Shown here: piece by piece, positions 34,925 to 45,152 of the stretch
How the letters are laid out: every line of letters starts with the position of its first letter
Position numbering within the stretch: position 1 is the stretch's first letter
NCBI GenBank assembly: GCA_021772245.1
Contig: JAJFMH010000002.1
Location: 4,690-68,689, forward strand
Length of the DNA stretch: 64,000 nt
Reading direction: 5' to 3'
DNA from: Chlamydiota bacterium
GTDB lineage: Bacteria; Chlamydiota; Chlamydiia; Chlamydiales; Simkaniaceae
The notes under the pieces: generated by a model
The model's input: only the letters and a program-made list of their open reading frames with translations
The model's database searches: none
What the model was told of the DNA's origin: nothing
Made by a program: the position numbers and the translations under genes

Positions 34925-35679
34925 GTTCCACTATTTTTGATAATTTCTATGAAAGAATGTAGATCTAGTGATGCTCCACCAACAAGAGCCCCATCAATCT
35001 CTTTTTCTTTCATTAAACATTCGATGTTATCTGGTTTAACAGATCCACCATATAAAAGAGAAATTTTCTCTGAAAATTCTTTGCTAAATAAGTCTTGAAG
35101 AACTTTTCTTATACACTGATGAGCTTTTGTGGCATCATTTGGGGTAGCCACTTTACCAGTTCCTATAGCCCAAACAGGCTCGTATGCAATAATAAGAGAT
35201 TGAAGCTCTTTTTCATTAAAATGAGATAAAACCTCAGTTAACTGCTTTTCAATTACATCTAGAGTTTTGCCACGCTCTCTTTGCGCAAGTGTTTCACCCA
35301 CGCAATATACCATTGTTAACTCTGTATCAATTGCTAAGCGAATCTTTTTTTCCAGGGATTCAGCAGACTCAAAAAAGAATTGTCTTCTTTCAGAATGTCC
35401 AATGAGTGTAAAAGCAGCGCCGCTCTTTTTCACCATCTCGGCAGAAACTTCACCCGTATATGCTCCTTTTGCATACATAGAAATATCTTGAGAACCAACA
35501 ACAAGGGGTGAATTTTGGCAAGATTCTATACTTTTGTCGATTGAAATGAAGGGAACAGAAAGCATAATTTGTGCATTCGATAAAGGAAGGCTCTGTTTCA
35601 AACCCTCAATAAAAGATTGTGCTTCATGGGAGCCTTTATGTAGCTTCCAATTACCAATAATATAGTGTTTTCTGCTCAT
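34915..35679 (-). CDS. tpiA: Triosephosphate isomerase
   Basis: IIGNWKLHK, LIGHSERR, AYEPVWAIGTG and LYGGSV are present. Confidence 0.92.
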   Translation of the reverse strand: MSRKHYIIGNWKLHKGSHEAQSFIEGLKQSLPLSNAQIMLSVPFISIDKSIESCQNSPLVVGSQDISMYAKGAYTGEVSAEMVKKSGAAFTLIGHSERRQFFFESAESLEKKIRLAIDTELTMVYCVGETLAQRERGKTLDVIEKQLTEVLSHFNEKELQSLIIAYEPVWAIGTGKVATPNDATKAHQCIRKVLQDLFSKEFSEKISLLYGGSVKPDNIECLMKEKEIDGALVGGASLDLHSFIEIIKNSGTCI

Positions 35680-35856
35680 TTTTCTTAAATCAAATAAGTA
35701 TTTAGCAGGGAATCATAACAATCTAACTAATAAAAAAACAGAAGTAGTTTCCCAACTGATGAAAATAATTTTAACCATTTTTTTGTTGCAATAAGCCTAT
35801 TGCATCTTAGAAAAATCTTCTTTACAATCTCAGGTTTTCATCTTATTTGGATCAAT

Positions 35857-37347
35857 ATGAGTTCCTCTATTTCAACTACCTCATTTCTGACTGTTACTGA
35901 GCTTACTCGAGCCATTAAAAAAAACTTAGAACCCACCTTTTCTAATGTCACTCTTAAGGGGGAAATCACAAATCTCAAACAGCAAGCATCTGGACATATC
36001 TATTTTCAATTAAAAGATGAAAACGCTCAAATTTCAGCAGTCCTTTTTAAGGGCAACGCCATAAAACTTTCGCAAGTACCAAAATCGGGTGATAACGTCA
36101 TCGTAAAAGGGGAGCTTTCAATTTACGCGCCACGGGGATCTTACCAAATTATTGTTCGATCCCTGCAGCAAGATGGCCTAGGAAAATACCTCATGAAACT
36201 CCATGAACTAAAACTTCTTTGTCAAAAAAAAGGTTGGTTCGATGAAAAACGCAAGAAAAAACTGCCCCTATATCCACAAACAATTGGAGTTGTAACCTCT
36301 CCTACAGGATCTGTTATTCAAGACATTATCCATGTTCTTAAAAGGAGATCTGCCCCCTTTACATTGCTTCTTTATCCAGTAGCTGTCCAAGGCGAACTTG
36401 CCGCTAAAGAAATTGCAACAGCTATCGATGAAATGAATCGATACAATCTTTGCGACTGTATGATTGTCGGAAGAGGAGGCGGATCACTAGAAGATCTTTT
36501 TCCTTTCAATGAAGAAATTGTTGCGCAGGCAATCTTCTCTTCAAAAATACCTATTGTTTCAGCAGTTGGACATGAAACGGATTTTTCTATAGCGGATTAT
36601 GTAGCAGATGTTAGAGCGCCAACCCCATCAGCTGGGGCTGAGATCGTCTGTATTGAAAAAACGGCGCAACTTTCTTTTTTAAATGAAATAAGAAAAAAAT
36701 CGAGCATGGTTGTGCTACAAAAAATCAAACTTTATCAATCTATTCTAGATAGATCGACAAAACATCCTCTGATGTCAGATGCCGACACGCTTCTTAGCCC
36801 ATACATGCAAAAAATCGACGAGGCAAAGATGGTTATTAACCACAGAGCGCAGTCACTTACCCGTGAAAATAGTTTGAAGCTATCCACTCTAAAAAAAAGA
36901 CTACATGACCTTAGCCCTATTGCCAAGTGCGCTTATCATCGCGAAAAACAAGCAAGCTTTCTACAAAGCAGCAAACGACAAATCCAAGAAAAGTTATCCC
37001 AAGAAAAAAGTAGTTTTGAAAAAATTTCTAACATGCTCCAAGATCGTGTTCAATACTACTTACAGGAAAAAAGAGCAGGGTTTGATACATCAAAACTTTA
37101 TCAAAATCTACAAAATAGATATCTTAGTCTAGTTTTACACAAAAAGCAGAAGCTTGCTCAAATACAAAAGCATTTAGAGTCTATCGATCCAAAAAATCTT
37201 TTACAAAAAGGTTACTCTATCATCACCTCAAAACAAAGTGGAGAGGCAATAAAATCTGCACATGATCTTTCAGTTGGCACTGAAATTTCTTTCCTTCTAG
37301 TTGATGGAAAAGCAGATGCTAGAATAGAAACAATAAGGGAGAATTAA
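35857..37347 (+). CDS. xseA: Exodeoxyribonuclease VII large subunit
   Basis: OB-fold N-terminus (TVTELTRAIKKNLE...V.LKGEITN....ASGHIYFQLKD), GVVTSPTGSVIQDI and GRGGGSLEDL..FN. The start was chosen at M20 of the track ORF. Confidence 0.88.
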   Translation: MSSSISTTSFLTVTELTRAIKKNLEPTFSNVTLKGEITNLKQQASGHIYFQLKDENAQISAVLFKGNAIKLSQVPKSGDNVIVKGELSIYAPRGSYQIIVRSLQQDGLGKYLMKLHELKLLCQKKGWFDEKRKKKLPLYPQTIGVVTSPTGSVIQDIIHVLKRRSAPFTLLLYPVAVQGELAAKEIATAIDEMNRYNLCDCMIVGRGGGSLEDLFPFNEEIVAQAIFSSKIPIVSAVGHETDFSIADYVADVRAPTPSAGAEIVCIEKTAQLSFLNEIRKKSSMVVLQKIKLYQSILDRSTKHPLMSDADTLLSPYMQKIDEAKMVINHRAQSLTRENSLKLSTLKKRLHDLSPIAKCAYHREKQASFLQSSKRQIQEKLSQEKSSFEKISNMLQDRVQYYLQEKRAGFDTSKLYQNLQNRYLSLVLHKKQKLAQIQKHLESIDPKNLLQKGYSIITSKQSGEAIKSAHDLSVGTEISFLLVDGKADARIETIREN

Positions 37348-37351
37348 ATTC

Positions 37352-37642
37352 GTGGATAATACAGAGCAAAAAGAATCATTTTCCTTCGAAGATGCTTACC
37401 AAAAATTAGAAGAGATTTTAGAAGAGTTAAGTTCTAACGAAACTCCCCTTGAAAAATCACTAGCCCTATATGAAATGGCAGACAAGTTAATTCGAGCGTG
37501 TTCGCATAAATTAAATGCTGCTGAGAGTAGAATTCAGATGCTGATCAAAGATCGAAATGGATCATTAGATACTTCGTCTGGCGCTCCTCAAGCAAAGCCA
37601 CTTGAGTCGAGCTCGAATGCAATGATTGATCGCAATATATAA
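37352..37642 (+). CDS. xseB: Exodeoxyribonuclease VII small subunit
   Basis: GTG start 4 nt after xseA. FEDAYQKLEEILEEL......LEKSLALYE....L...C...L is the typical XseB helix pair. Confidence 0.8.
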   Translation: MDNTEQKESFSFEDAYQKLEEILEELSSNETPLEKSLALYEMADKLIRACSHKLNAAESRIQMLIKDRNGSLDTSSGAPQAKPLESSSNAMIDRNI

Positions 37643-37656
37643 GGCTTTTGCAGTTT

Positions 37657-39558
37657 ATGCCGTATAATTTAAATGCTCTTACTCCATCTCTAATTAAGCA
37701 GCTTTCTTTACAAGAGCTTGAAAATCTATGCGCTGATATCCGTAAACAAATTATTAGTGTTATGTCGGTAAACGGTGGACATCTAGCTTCAAATCTTGGG
37801 TCTATTGAGCAAACCATAGCAATTCACTACGTTTTTGACTCACCAAACGACCCCATTCTTTTTGATATTGGTCACCAAGCCTATACACATAAAATTATAA
37901 CAAGTCGTGGGAGCAAATTCCCAACGGTTAGAAAAAATAATGGGCTTTGTGGTTTTACAGATCCCAAAGAATCTAAACATGATATTTTTCATGGTGGACA
38001 CGCAGGAGCTTGCCTATCTCAATCTCTTGGTCTTGCAAAAAGTAGGGACCTTCAAAATATGCCAAATCATATTGTCTCCATTCTTGGTGACGCTGCCTTT
38101 ACTTGTGGACTCACCTTTGAGGCTTTAAATAATATCCCCAAAGGTCTTGAGAGGTTTTGTGTAATATTAAACGACAATGAAATGGCGATTTCTAAAAATG
38201 TAGGTGCTATTACGCAGATTCTTTCCCGCATGCTAAATAATCCTACCTCGAATAAAATTTATAATGACATCAAGAAAACTTTAGAAAAAATTCCTGGTTG
38301 CGGCTCATTTCTTACAAAACATGGGCACAACATTAAAGAATCTTTAAAAAATTTAGTCTCTCCCGCACCCTTTTTTGAACAATTCGGACTTTCGTATATT
38401 GGACCAATAGATGGGCATGACATCAAAAAATTGATCGGTACATTTCAAGAAGTAAAAAATGGAAAGTCTACTTGCCTTATTCATCTGATGACCCAAAAAG
38501 GGCGAGGAATGGAAACAGCACTTTTAAACCCAACCGCCTACCATGGCGTCATTCCATTTGACAAGCTAACAGGTAAATTTCATCCTAAAAACACTACAAA
38601 ACAAACATTTCCCAAAATTTTTGGTAAGCAAGTTTTGAAAATGGCAAATGAAGACGCAAGCATCGTAGTAGTTTCTCCCGCCATGCCCAAAGGATCCTGC
38701 ATCGAAGAATTCATGGAAATTCACCCAAGTAGATGCATTGACGTCGGAATTGCAGAGGGACATAGCATTACATACGCAGCTGGAATTGCTAAAGACGCTA
38801 AACAAAAAGTAATCTGCGTTATATATGCTACATTTCTACAGCGAGCACTGGACAATGTTTTTCATGATGTTTGTCTACAAGATATTCCCTTAGTAATTGC
38901 GATTGATCGAGGAGGAATAGCTGGTGGAGATGGCGCCTCCTTAAATGGAATCTATGACATTGGATTCTTAAATGCCATGCCAAATATGATAATTGCGCAG
39001 CCAAGAAATGGAAATGTCTTAAAAGAGCTCATGCAGTCAGCGTTTGATTGGAAAAAACCAACTGCAATTCGATATCCAAACATCACAACCTCAGAAAACA
39101 ATCGTCCTCTTCAAAAGAGATCCCCCGGCTGCGGGGAACTGCTCTTCAATGGTACAGATATTGCAATCATAGCTCTTGGGGTTATGTGTGAAATTGCAAC
39201 AGATGTAAAAACTAAACTTGAGGCATATGGTATAAATATTACCATTATAGATCCCGTGTTCGTGAAACCCCTAGATGAAACTCTTTTTTCAAGTATATTT
39301 GCAACGCACAAGCTCATTTTTACCTTAGAAGAACATGCCTTAAGCTCTGGATTTGGATCCATAATCAATTCTTTTATTCTTCAAAATAATTTTCAATCAT
39401 GTCATGTAGTTAATTTGGGCATACCTGATGATTTTGTTCCGCATGGCAATCGAAATACATTGCTTGCAAACTTAGATTTAGAACCTGAAAAAATCGCAGA
39501 GTTTATTCTAGAAAAAGTTGAAGCCCTAGATATGTTGGAGCATCCCTTACAAGTATGA
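37657..39558 (+). CDS. dxs: 1-deoxy-D-xylulose-5-phosphate synthase
   Basis: GGHLASNLG, DIGHQAYTHKI, the ThDP motif GDAAFTCG...LNDN and IAEGH are present. The ATG at 37657 is preferred over the track's TTG at 37648. Confidence 0.9.
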   Translation: MPYNLNALTPSLIKQLSLQELENLCADIRKQIISVMSVNGGHLASNLGSIEQTIAIHYVFDSPNDPILFDIGHQAYTHKIITSRGSKFPTVRKNNGLCGFTDPKESKHDIFHGGHAGACLSQSLGLAKSRDLQNMPNHIVSILGDAAFTCGLTFEALNNIPKGLERFCVILNDNEMAISKNVGAITQILSRMLNNPTSNKIYNDIKKTLEKIPGCGSFLTKHGHNIKESLKNLVSPAPFFEQFGLSYIGPIDGHDIKKLIGTFQEVKNGKSTCLIHLMTQKGRGMETALLNPTAYHGVIPFDKLTGKFHPKNTTKQTFPKIFGKQVLKMANEDASIVVVSPAMPKGSCIEEFMEIHPSRCIDVGIAEGHSITYAAGIAKDAKQKVICVIYATFLQRALDNVFHDVCLQDIPLVIAIDRGGIAGGDGASLNGIYDIGFLNAMPNMIIAQPRNGNVLKELMQSAFDWKKPTAIRYPNITTSENNRPLQKRSPGCGELLFNGTDIAIIALGVMCEIATDVKTKLEAYGINITIIDPVFVKPLDETLFSSIFATHKLIFTLEEHALSSGFGSIINSFILQNNFQSCHVVNLGIPDDFVPHGNRNTLLANLDLEPEKIAEFILEKVEALDMLEHPLQV

Positions 39559-40394
39559 TTATTGCCATTTTCCCAAGTCTACACATTAAACAATCCAAAA
39601 AAATTACCGAAGAAATTATTTCCTTTTTTCATTCGAAAAAAGTAAGCATTGTATGTGATGATGAATCCGCAAAAGATTTAAATATTCCCCCTATTTCTTC
39701 AATCGATCCAAACGACATTACTTTTTTACTCACAATGGGCGGCGATGGCACTATCATACGCATAGCGCATCAGTACGCCAATCTTAATAGACCTATTCTT
39801 GGAATAAATTTAGGACATCTTGGTTTTATGGCGGATGTGCCCTTGCCTGATATCATTCCAAGTATGCAAGACCTTCTCGATGGAAAGTATGAAATCGAAA
39901 AGAGAATGACGCAAAAGGCAACTTTTCAAAGTGGAAAGGAAGTATTTTCAATCAATGATATTGTTGTACATCGAGCAAGAAACCCATCACTTATAGAGCT
40001 CTCTATCCATGTCGATGGTAGTTACTTAAATACATTTGAAGCAGATGGAATCATCGTAGCAACACCAAATGGATCTACAGCTTATTCTCTTGCTGCAGGG
40101 GGCCCTATTCTTAGCCCCAAACTAGAAGCTTGCGTCATTACGCCTATCTCTGCTCACACCATATCAAATCGACCCATTGTAATTCCAGGTGATGTTGAGA
40201 TCAAAATACAGTATTTGAGTTCAAACGATCCCGTCGAAGTAATTTGTGACGGAATCGACAACACTGAGCTTCAAACAGGAGGCTATTGCACCATTACAAA
40301 AAACCCAAATTACTTCAAACTTGTTTCCCTTCATCGAAAGGAGTACTTCCAAACCCTTCGCTCTAAATTAAACTGGGCCGGAAAACTTCGCTAG
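39555..40394 (+). CDS. nadK: NAD kinase
   Basis: GGDGT, the ADGIIVATPNGSTAYSLAAGGPI motif, and an ATGA overlap with dxs. Confidence 0.88.
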   Translation: MIIAIFPSLHIKQSKKITEEIISFFHSKKVSIVCDDESAKDLNIPPISSIDPNDITFLLTMGGDGTIIRIAHQYANLNRPILGINLGHLGFMADVPLPDIIPSMQDLLDGKYEIEKRMTQKATFQSGKEVFSINDIVVHRARNPSLIELSIHVDGSYLNTFEADGIIVATPNGSTAYSLAAGGPILSPKLEACVITPISAHTISNRPIVIPGDVEIKIQYLSSNDPVEVICDGIDNTELQTGGYCTITKNPNYFKLVSLHRKEYFQTLRSKLNWAGKLR

Positions 40395-41413
40395 TAACTA
40401 TGGTGATCCATTTTTACTTTTCCCCGAAAGATATGATAGATCCAAATTCCATAAGCTAGCACTAACGGTACTCCAATACAGGCAACTGTAAGAATCACTT
40501 TCAATGTTTTAACAGAAGAAGCGCTATTAAAAATAGTAATACTATTTTCTGTAATTCCAGACGATTGGATAATGTTTGGAAAGGTTCCAAGCCCAAACAG
40601 GACAAACAATAGAGCTATGCTCAAACAAGAGAATAAAAATGCGCTTCCATCCTTCCTTTGATTAGAGCAGCGAATTACGTTTGCAAAGCTGAGTATTGCT
40701 AATACAGGAACTAAGAATAACACTGGGTATTCCTTAATTTTTACAGCCATGGTTGGCTTATAAATAAGTGTTGCCATAGTAAGTACAGCAAAAAGTATTA
40801 CAAAACATAATATACTTGGGCTTACCCATCTTCTCAGTTTTTCATGCAAATCATTTTCTGTTTTCATCACAAGATATATAATTCCGTGCATACTAAAAAG
40901 TGCTATAGCCGTAAGCCCAATTAAAACAGGAAATGGTGTAAAAAACTCACTAAAAGTCCCTAAATAATCTCCCTTACTATCAAGAGGAATCCCCTCTACT
41001 AGATTTCCAAGAACAACTCCAAAACTAAAAGTCATTACAATACTTGCTAAAGAAAATAACCCATCCCAAATTTTTCTCCATCTAGCAGATTCTAATTTAG
41101 ATCTAAATTCTATGGCTACTGCTCTAAAAATTATACCGGCTAGCAATATCATAATCGGAGTGTAAAATGCAGAACATAGCGTTGCATAAGCCATTGGAAA
41201 CCCTGCAAAAAGAGCGCCTCCAATAACTACAAGCCAAACTTCATTTCCATCCCAAACTGGACCAATTGCATTTAGAAACACTCTTCTTTCTTCATCTCCT
41301 TTACAAAAAAGATGCACACACCCAACACCGAGATCAAATCCATCTAATACGATATAAAACATGACACTTGCGCAAATGACAAAATACCAAATAAGTTCCA
41401 AATATGTTTCCAT
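40391..41413 (-). CDS. cydB: Cytochrome bd ubiquinol oxidase subunit II
   Basis: 340 aa and polytopic. The N-terminus ....WYFVI.ASVMFY.VLDGFDLGVG and the WDGNEVWL motif are present. It lies directly downstream of cydA. Confidence 0.88.
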   Translation of the reverse strand: METYLELIWYFVICASVMFYIVLDGFDLGVGCVHLFCKGDEERRVFLNAIGPVWDGNEVWLVVIGGALFAGFPMAYATLCSAFYTPIMILLAGIIFRAVAIEFRSKLESARWRKIWDGLFSLASIVMTFSFGVVLGNLVEGIPLDSKGDYLGTFSEFFTPFPVLIGLTAIALFSMHGIIYLVMKTENDLHEKLRRWVSPSILCFVILFAVLTMATLIYKPTMAVKIKEYPVLFLVPVLAILSFANVIRCSNQRKDGSAFLFSCLSIALLFVLFGLGTFPNIIQSSGITENSITIFNSASSVKTLKVILTVACIGVPLVLAYGIWIYHIFRGKVKMDHHSY

Positions 41414-41415
41414 GT

Positions 41416-42789
41416 CTATACTCCCTTTTTGTATGGGTCAGAAAAAACAGCATCATCATATCCCGGTTTAGATTCCCCTTCAGGCCCTGTTTGAATCTTT
41501 CGATTCATCAAAAATATAAAGAGAGAAAATAAAAGGATATAAATCAAAATAAACATGATGATTGACCCTACAACTTGCTCCTTTCGAATTCCAGTTGAAA
41601 CGCCATCAGCTGTGCGAAGCACGTGATAGACGACCCAAGGCTGCCTACCCATCTCAGCGGTAAACCACCCGGATTGATTAGCAATATATGGAAATAGAAT
41701 AGACACTACAAGTCCTCTAAGAGTCCATTTAGCTTTATCAAGCGTTTTTCTTTTATAAAAAATAAAGCCCAAGAGTGTCATGATAACCATGGCGCCCCAC
41801 ATAAAAATCATCAAGTGGTACATTTGAAAAACAGCTGCAACATTTGGCCAGTCAGTTTCTGGAAAATGCTTTAATCCAGTAACAGGTGTTTTGAAATTCC
41901 GATATACCAAAAAACTCAAAAGAGATGGAATTTTTATTCCCTTAACAACTTGTTCTTTCGTATCCACATAACCAGCAACTGTCATCGGAGTGTGATCGCG
42001 CGTCTCATATACACCTTCCATTGCTGCAAGTTTCTCAGGTTGATATTTTGCAACGCCTCTCGCTGTAGAATCTGCAGATATCAATTGCAATACAAGTAAA
42101 ATTGCAGCAACCGCAAGACCAAGCTTCATTCCAATTCTTGCAAATTCAGTATGTTTTTTCTTAAGGTAGTAATAACTACAAACACTGAGAACAATAAATG
42201 CACCTGTAAGCCAGCATCCAATGATCACATGGGTTAGACGATCTAAAAAAGATGGGTTAAAAATCACGCCCCAAAAATCAGTAATAACAGCTCTTCTATT
42301 TACACCTTCACCAACTAGTTTAAATCCTTGTGGTGTCTGCATCCATGAGTTTGCAGCCACAATCCATATCGCGCTAAAGTGCGCCCCTAGTGCTACGCAA
42401 ATTGTCGAAAAGTAATGCAACCTTGCGCTTACTCTTTCCCACCCAAAGAGCATTAGTCCAATAAAGCCAGCTTCTAAAAAGAACGCAAAAATTCCTTCAG
42501 CAGCTAAAGCTGATCCAAAAACATCTCCAACGAACCTTGCAAATCTTGACCAATTATTCCCAAAAGCAAATACCTGGACAATCCCAGTTGCTACTCCAAG
42601 GGCAAAACTTAGGGCAAAAATCCGAGTCCAAAACTGAGCCATTTTTCTATACTTTTCAGACTTGGTCTTAATGTACATACCTTCAATGATTACAATCATG
42701 AGACTTAGCCCTATACTTAAAGGGGGATAGAAGTAATGAAAAGCAATATTGAGCGCAAATTGAATTCTAGATAAGATGAGAACATCCAT
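41416..42789 (-). CDS. cydA: Cytochrome bd ubiquinol oxidase subunit I
   Basis: LSRIQFALNIAFHYFYPPLSIGL, the Q-loop region and GWFTAEMGRQPW are present. The start was chosen at the MDVLILSR methionine; the track ORF begins 4 codons upstream at 42801. Confidence 0.9.
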   Translation of the reverse strand: MDVLILSRIQFALNIAFHYFYPPLSIGLSLMIVIIEGMYIKTKSEKYRKMAQFWTRIFALSFALGVATGIVQVFAFGNNWSRFARFVGDVFGSALAAEGIFAFFLEAGFIGLMLFGWERVSARLHYFSTICVALGAHFSAIWIVAANSWMQTPQGFKLVGEGVNRRAVITDFWGVIFNPSFLDRLTHVIIGCWLTGAFIVLSVCSYYYLKKKHTEFARIGMKLGLAVAAILLVLQLISADSTARGVAKYQPEKLAAMEGVYETRDHTPMTVAGYVDTKEQVVKGIKIPSLLSFLVYRNFKTPVTGLKHFPETDWPNVAAVFQMYHLMIFMWGAMVIMTLLGFIFYKRKTLDKAKWTLRGLVVSILFPYIANQSGWFTAEMGRQPWVVYHVLRTADGVSTGIRKEQVVGSIIMFILIYILLFSLFIFLMNRKIQTGPEGESKPGYDDAVFSDPYKKGV

Positions 42790-43062
42790 AAAAGCCACCA
42801 AAGAGGAAATAAATTTTTAACAAATTTGGAAACTATTAAATATTTGAATGTTTGTCAACAAAGAGCTTCAAAACCCCAAAGAAACTTCTTTAGAAAAAAA
42901 CCATTAGTGAGATATCAACTCCTCTATACCAATGGTTGGCCAAGCTCCTGAATTAGTAATCTCGACCAATTACTTTGGGATGCAGTTAACCTTATACTTC
43001 ATGGAATCTGATAAATCACTCACCTTTTTCTTTTCCTTTGACTTATATTTATTTTTAAGGAG

Positions 43063-43086
43063 AATGTGCATCTAGAGATGCACATT
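43063..43086. promoter_or_regulatory. 11-2-11 perfect inverted repeat AATGTGCATCT-AG-AGATGCACATT upstream of cdaA
   Basis: Verified base by base. It ends 21 nt before the cdaA ATG (43108) and lies in the cydA/cdaA divergent intergenic region. It is a candidate operator or 5'-UTR hairpin. Confidence 0.45.
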
Positions 43087-43107
43087 TAAAGCGCAAGAAA
43101 ATTAAGA

Positions 43108-43905
43108 ATGTATTTTTACCAAACTATTACACCTTTTATAGAACTCATCATCATTGCTTTGATGATTAATTCTTTGCTATCGTTTTTTTGGAATACCAGA
43201 TCTATGGATTTGGTGCTTGGCTTATTGGCCTTTTTATTTATTTTCGCTCTTTCTTCATGGCTTGATCTACCCATCTTGCATAAACTTATGCTACTGGTGG
43301 GTAACGTTGCCGTCATTGCAATTTTAATTATTTTCCAACCAGAACTTAGAGTGGCTCTATCAAAACTTAGTCTCAAAGGGAAACGATATCGAGAGATCAC
43401 AGAATTTGATAGATTCTTAGATCAATTAGCAGGCTCAGTATATAAAATGTCAGAAAAACGTATTGGCGCTTTAATCGCTCTTGAAAATGATGACTCACTA
43501 GAGGAATTTGCAAGAAAGGCTGTCATGCTTAATGCAAATTTTTCATCAGAGCTTCTAGAGTCTATTTTCACAACGACTACTCCATTACATGATGGAGCGA
43601 TCATTATTCGAAATCTTACCATCACAGCGGCATCTGTGATACTTCCCTTAGCAGAAGACACCTCACAAATTGCTAAATCAATGGGAACAAGACATAGAGC
43701 AGGTCTCGGTGCATCCCAGCTAACAGATGCCCTTATTATTGTGATTTCAGAAGAAACGGGTAAAGTCTCGATTGCAAGAGATGGTATTATTACCCGTGGA
43801 ATCAAAATTGATCGCTTTAAAGGAATTATAAGAAGCATTTATAATCCTCCACTAAGCACCATCGATAAAAATAAATTCAGCTTAAGAGCGTGGCTTAAAA
43901 AATGA
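43108..43905 (+). CDS. cdaA: Membrane-bound diadenylate cyclase (c-di-AMP synthase, DAC/DisA_N domain)
   Basis: Three N-terminal TM helices, then the DAC motifs GALIALE, TPLHDGAIIIR, GTRHRAGLG and ALIIVISEETG.VS. Confidence 0.9.
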   Translation: MYFYQTITPFIELIIIALMINSLLSFFWNTRSMDLVLGLLAFLFIFALSSWLDLPILHKLMLLVGNVAVIAILIIFQPELRVALSKLSLKGKRYREITEFDRFLDQLAGSVYKMSEKRIGALIALENDDSLEEFARKAVMLNANFSSELLESIFTTTTPLHDGAIIIRNLTITAASVILPLAEDTSQIAKSMGTRHRAGLGASQLTDALIIVISEETGKVSIARDGIITRGIKIDRFKGIIRSIYNPPLSTIDKNKFSLRAWLKK

Positions 43906-45152
43906 AGTCTCTGATTAAAAAACTTTTTATCAATAACTGGCCAAGAAAAGCTGTTGCTCTTGGTTTAGCAATTATTGTTTGGCTAGTTGTTAACCAATCT
44001 CTCACAACGACTAAAACAGTGAGAAATATTCCTATTCGAGTGATAAATATTCCTCAAAATAAAACTATAGACGGAATACGTTCTGATGGAGTCCTTAATC
44101 GCACAGTAACTCTCACGTTAAATGGAAAGAAAAATACTTTAGAAGAAATTAGCTCAAATGATTTAGAAGTAATCATTGATGCTGCCAATAAAGAAAATGA
44201 ATGGATTGTAACCATAACAAAAAGCAACTTATCTTCTCTCAACCCGGAAGTAAGTATAGCGCAAGGAATTAACAAGGTTTCTTCTAAAACATTTATTGTA
44301 AAACTTACAAAACAGGTAACGGATAAGATACCTATTATTGTAACCAAACCAATTGGACTTGCACCAAAGGGTTATCACTTTATTGATGTATGGCCCTATC
44401 ACCTAAATATGACAGTCTCAGGTCCTGAGGAAGTAGTAAAAAAATTAAAAGCAAGGGGCTTACGCCTTACTTTTAATTTAAATGATATATCTAAAAATGA
44501 GTTAGATGACATTCATGCGGATACCGTTGGAAAAAATAAAGATGCAGTCAGCTTTTATGTACCAAGCAATTGGAAAAAAATCTCGATTCCAAGTCTTTCT
44601 GATGCGCCCATCGAAATTAACGATCCAGAAGCAAAAAACTTAAGAATTGACTTTGTTCGTTATGAAATGCTCTCTCTTCTAAGCCCTGTTCCATTAAATA
44701 TTTATTTTCCACCAGACCACACCTCAAGTTTGCACCCACAAAAAGTTTCAATAACACCAAATGAAACTATCGAACTGAAAAATGGCTTAAAGATGATTAC
44801 TAAACCCCTCTATGCCAAGGGAGTTTCAGAACTATTTGTAGAAGTTATGAAAGACATGATTGAAATTCTTGTTATTGTAGATGGGTCAACAGCAAATTCA
44901 AAGTTACAATGGAGTGTGCAGTTTATCAATCCTCATGTATTAGAAAATCGATATGTCAGTATGCTGATGTCTGATGTGTCTGCAGAGCAAGATAAAAGCC
45001 TAAATCCAAAAGTTCGTGAAGAATACTTAAGAAACCGGTTTAGAAACTATATGAATCGATTTGAGCTATATGATAAAAACAACAAAAAGCTCTCTCTTTC
45101 TGCTCAAATCCATGGTAATCATATCCTAGTTTCTGAGGAAACTACCCTGTGA
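43902..45152 (+). CDS. cdaR: YbbR-domain protein (CdaR-like regulator of CdaA)
   Basis: ATGA overlap with cdaA. N-terminal TM (WPRKAVALGLAIIVWLVV), followed by repeated YbbR-like beta-rich modules. This is the conserved cdaA-ybbR pairing known from Chlamydia and Firmicutes. Confidence 0.65.
   Translation: MKSLIKKLFINNWPRKAVALGLAIIVWLVVNQSLTTTKTVRNIPIRVINIPQNKTIDGIRSDGVLNRTVTLTLNGKKNTLEEISSNDLEVIIDAANKENEWIVTITKSNLSSLNPEVSIAQGINKVSSKTFIVKLTKQVTDKIPIIVTKPIGLAPKGYHFIDVWPYHLNMTVSGPEEVVKKLKARGLRLTFNLNDISKNELDDIHADTVGKNKDAVSFYVPSNWKKISIPSLSDAPIEINDPEAKNLRIDFVRYEMLSLLSPVPLNIYFPPDHTSSLHPQKVSITPNETIELKNGLKMITKPLYAKGVSELFVEVMKDMIEILVIVDGSTANSKLQWSVQFINPHVLENRYVSMLMSDVSAEQDKSLNPKVREEYLRNRFRNYMNRFELYDKNNKKLSLSAQIHGNHILVSEETTL

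Noticed and set aside
43057-43075. AAGGAG followed by the mini-ORF ATG-TGC-ATC-TAG upstream of cdaA (possible leader peptide)
   Set aside because: The Shine-Dalgarno-like AAGGAG is only 1 nt from the ATG, too close for initiation. The ATG is simply part of the left arm of the 11-2-11 inverted repeat.
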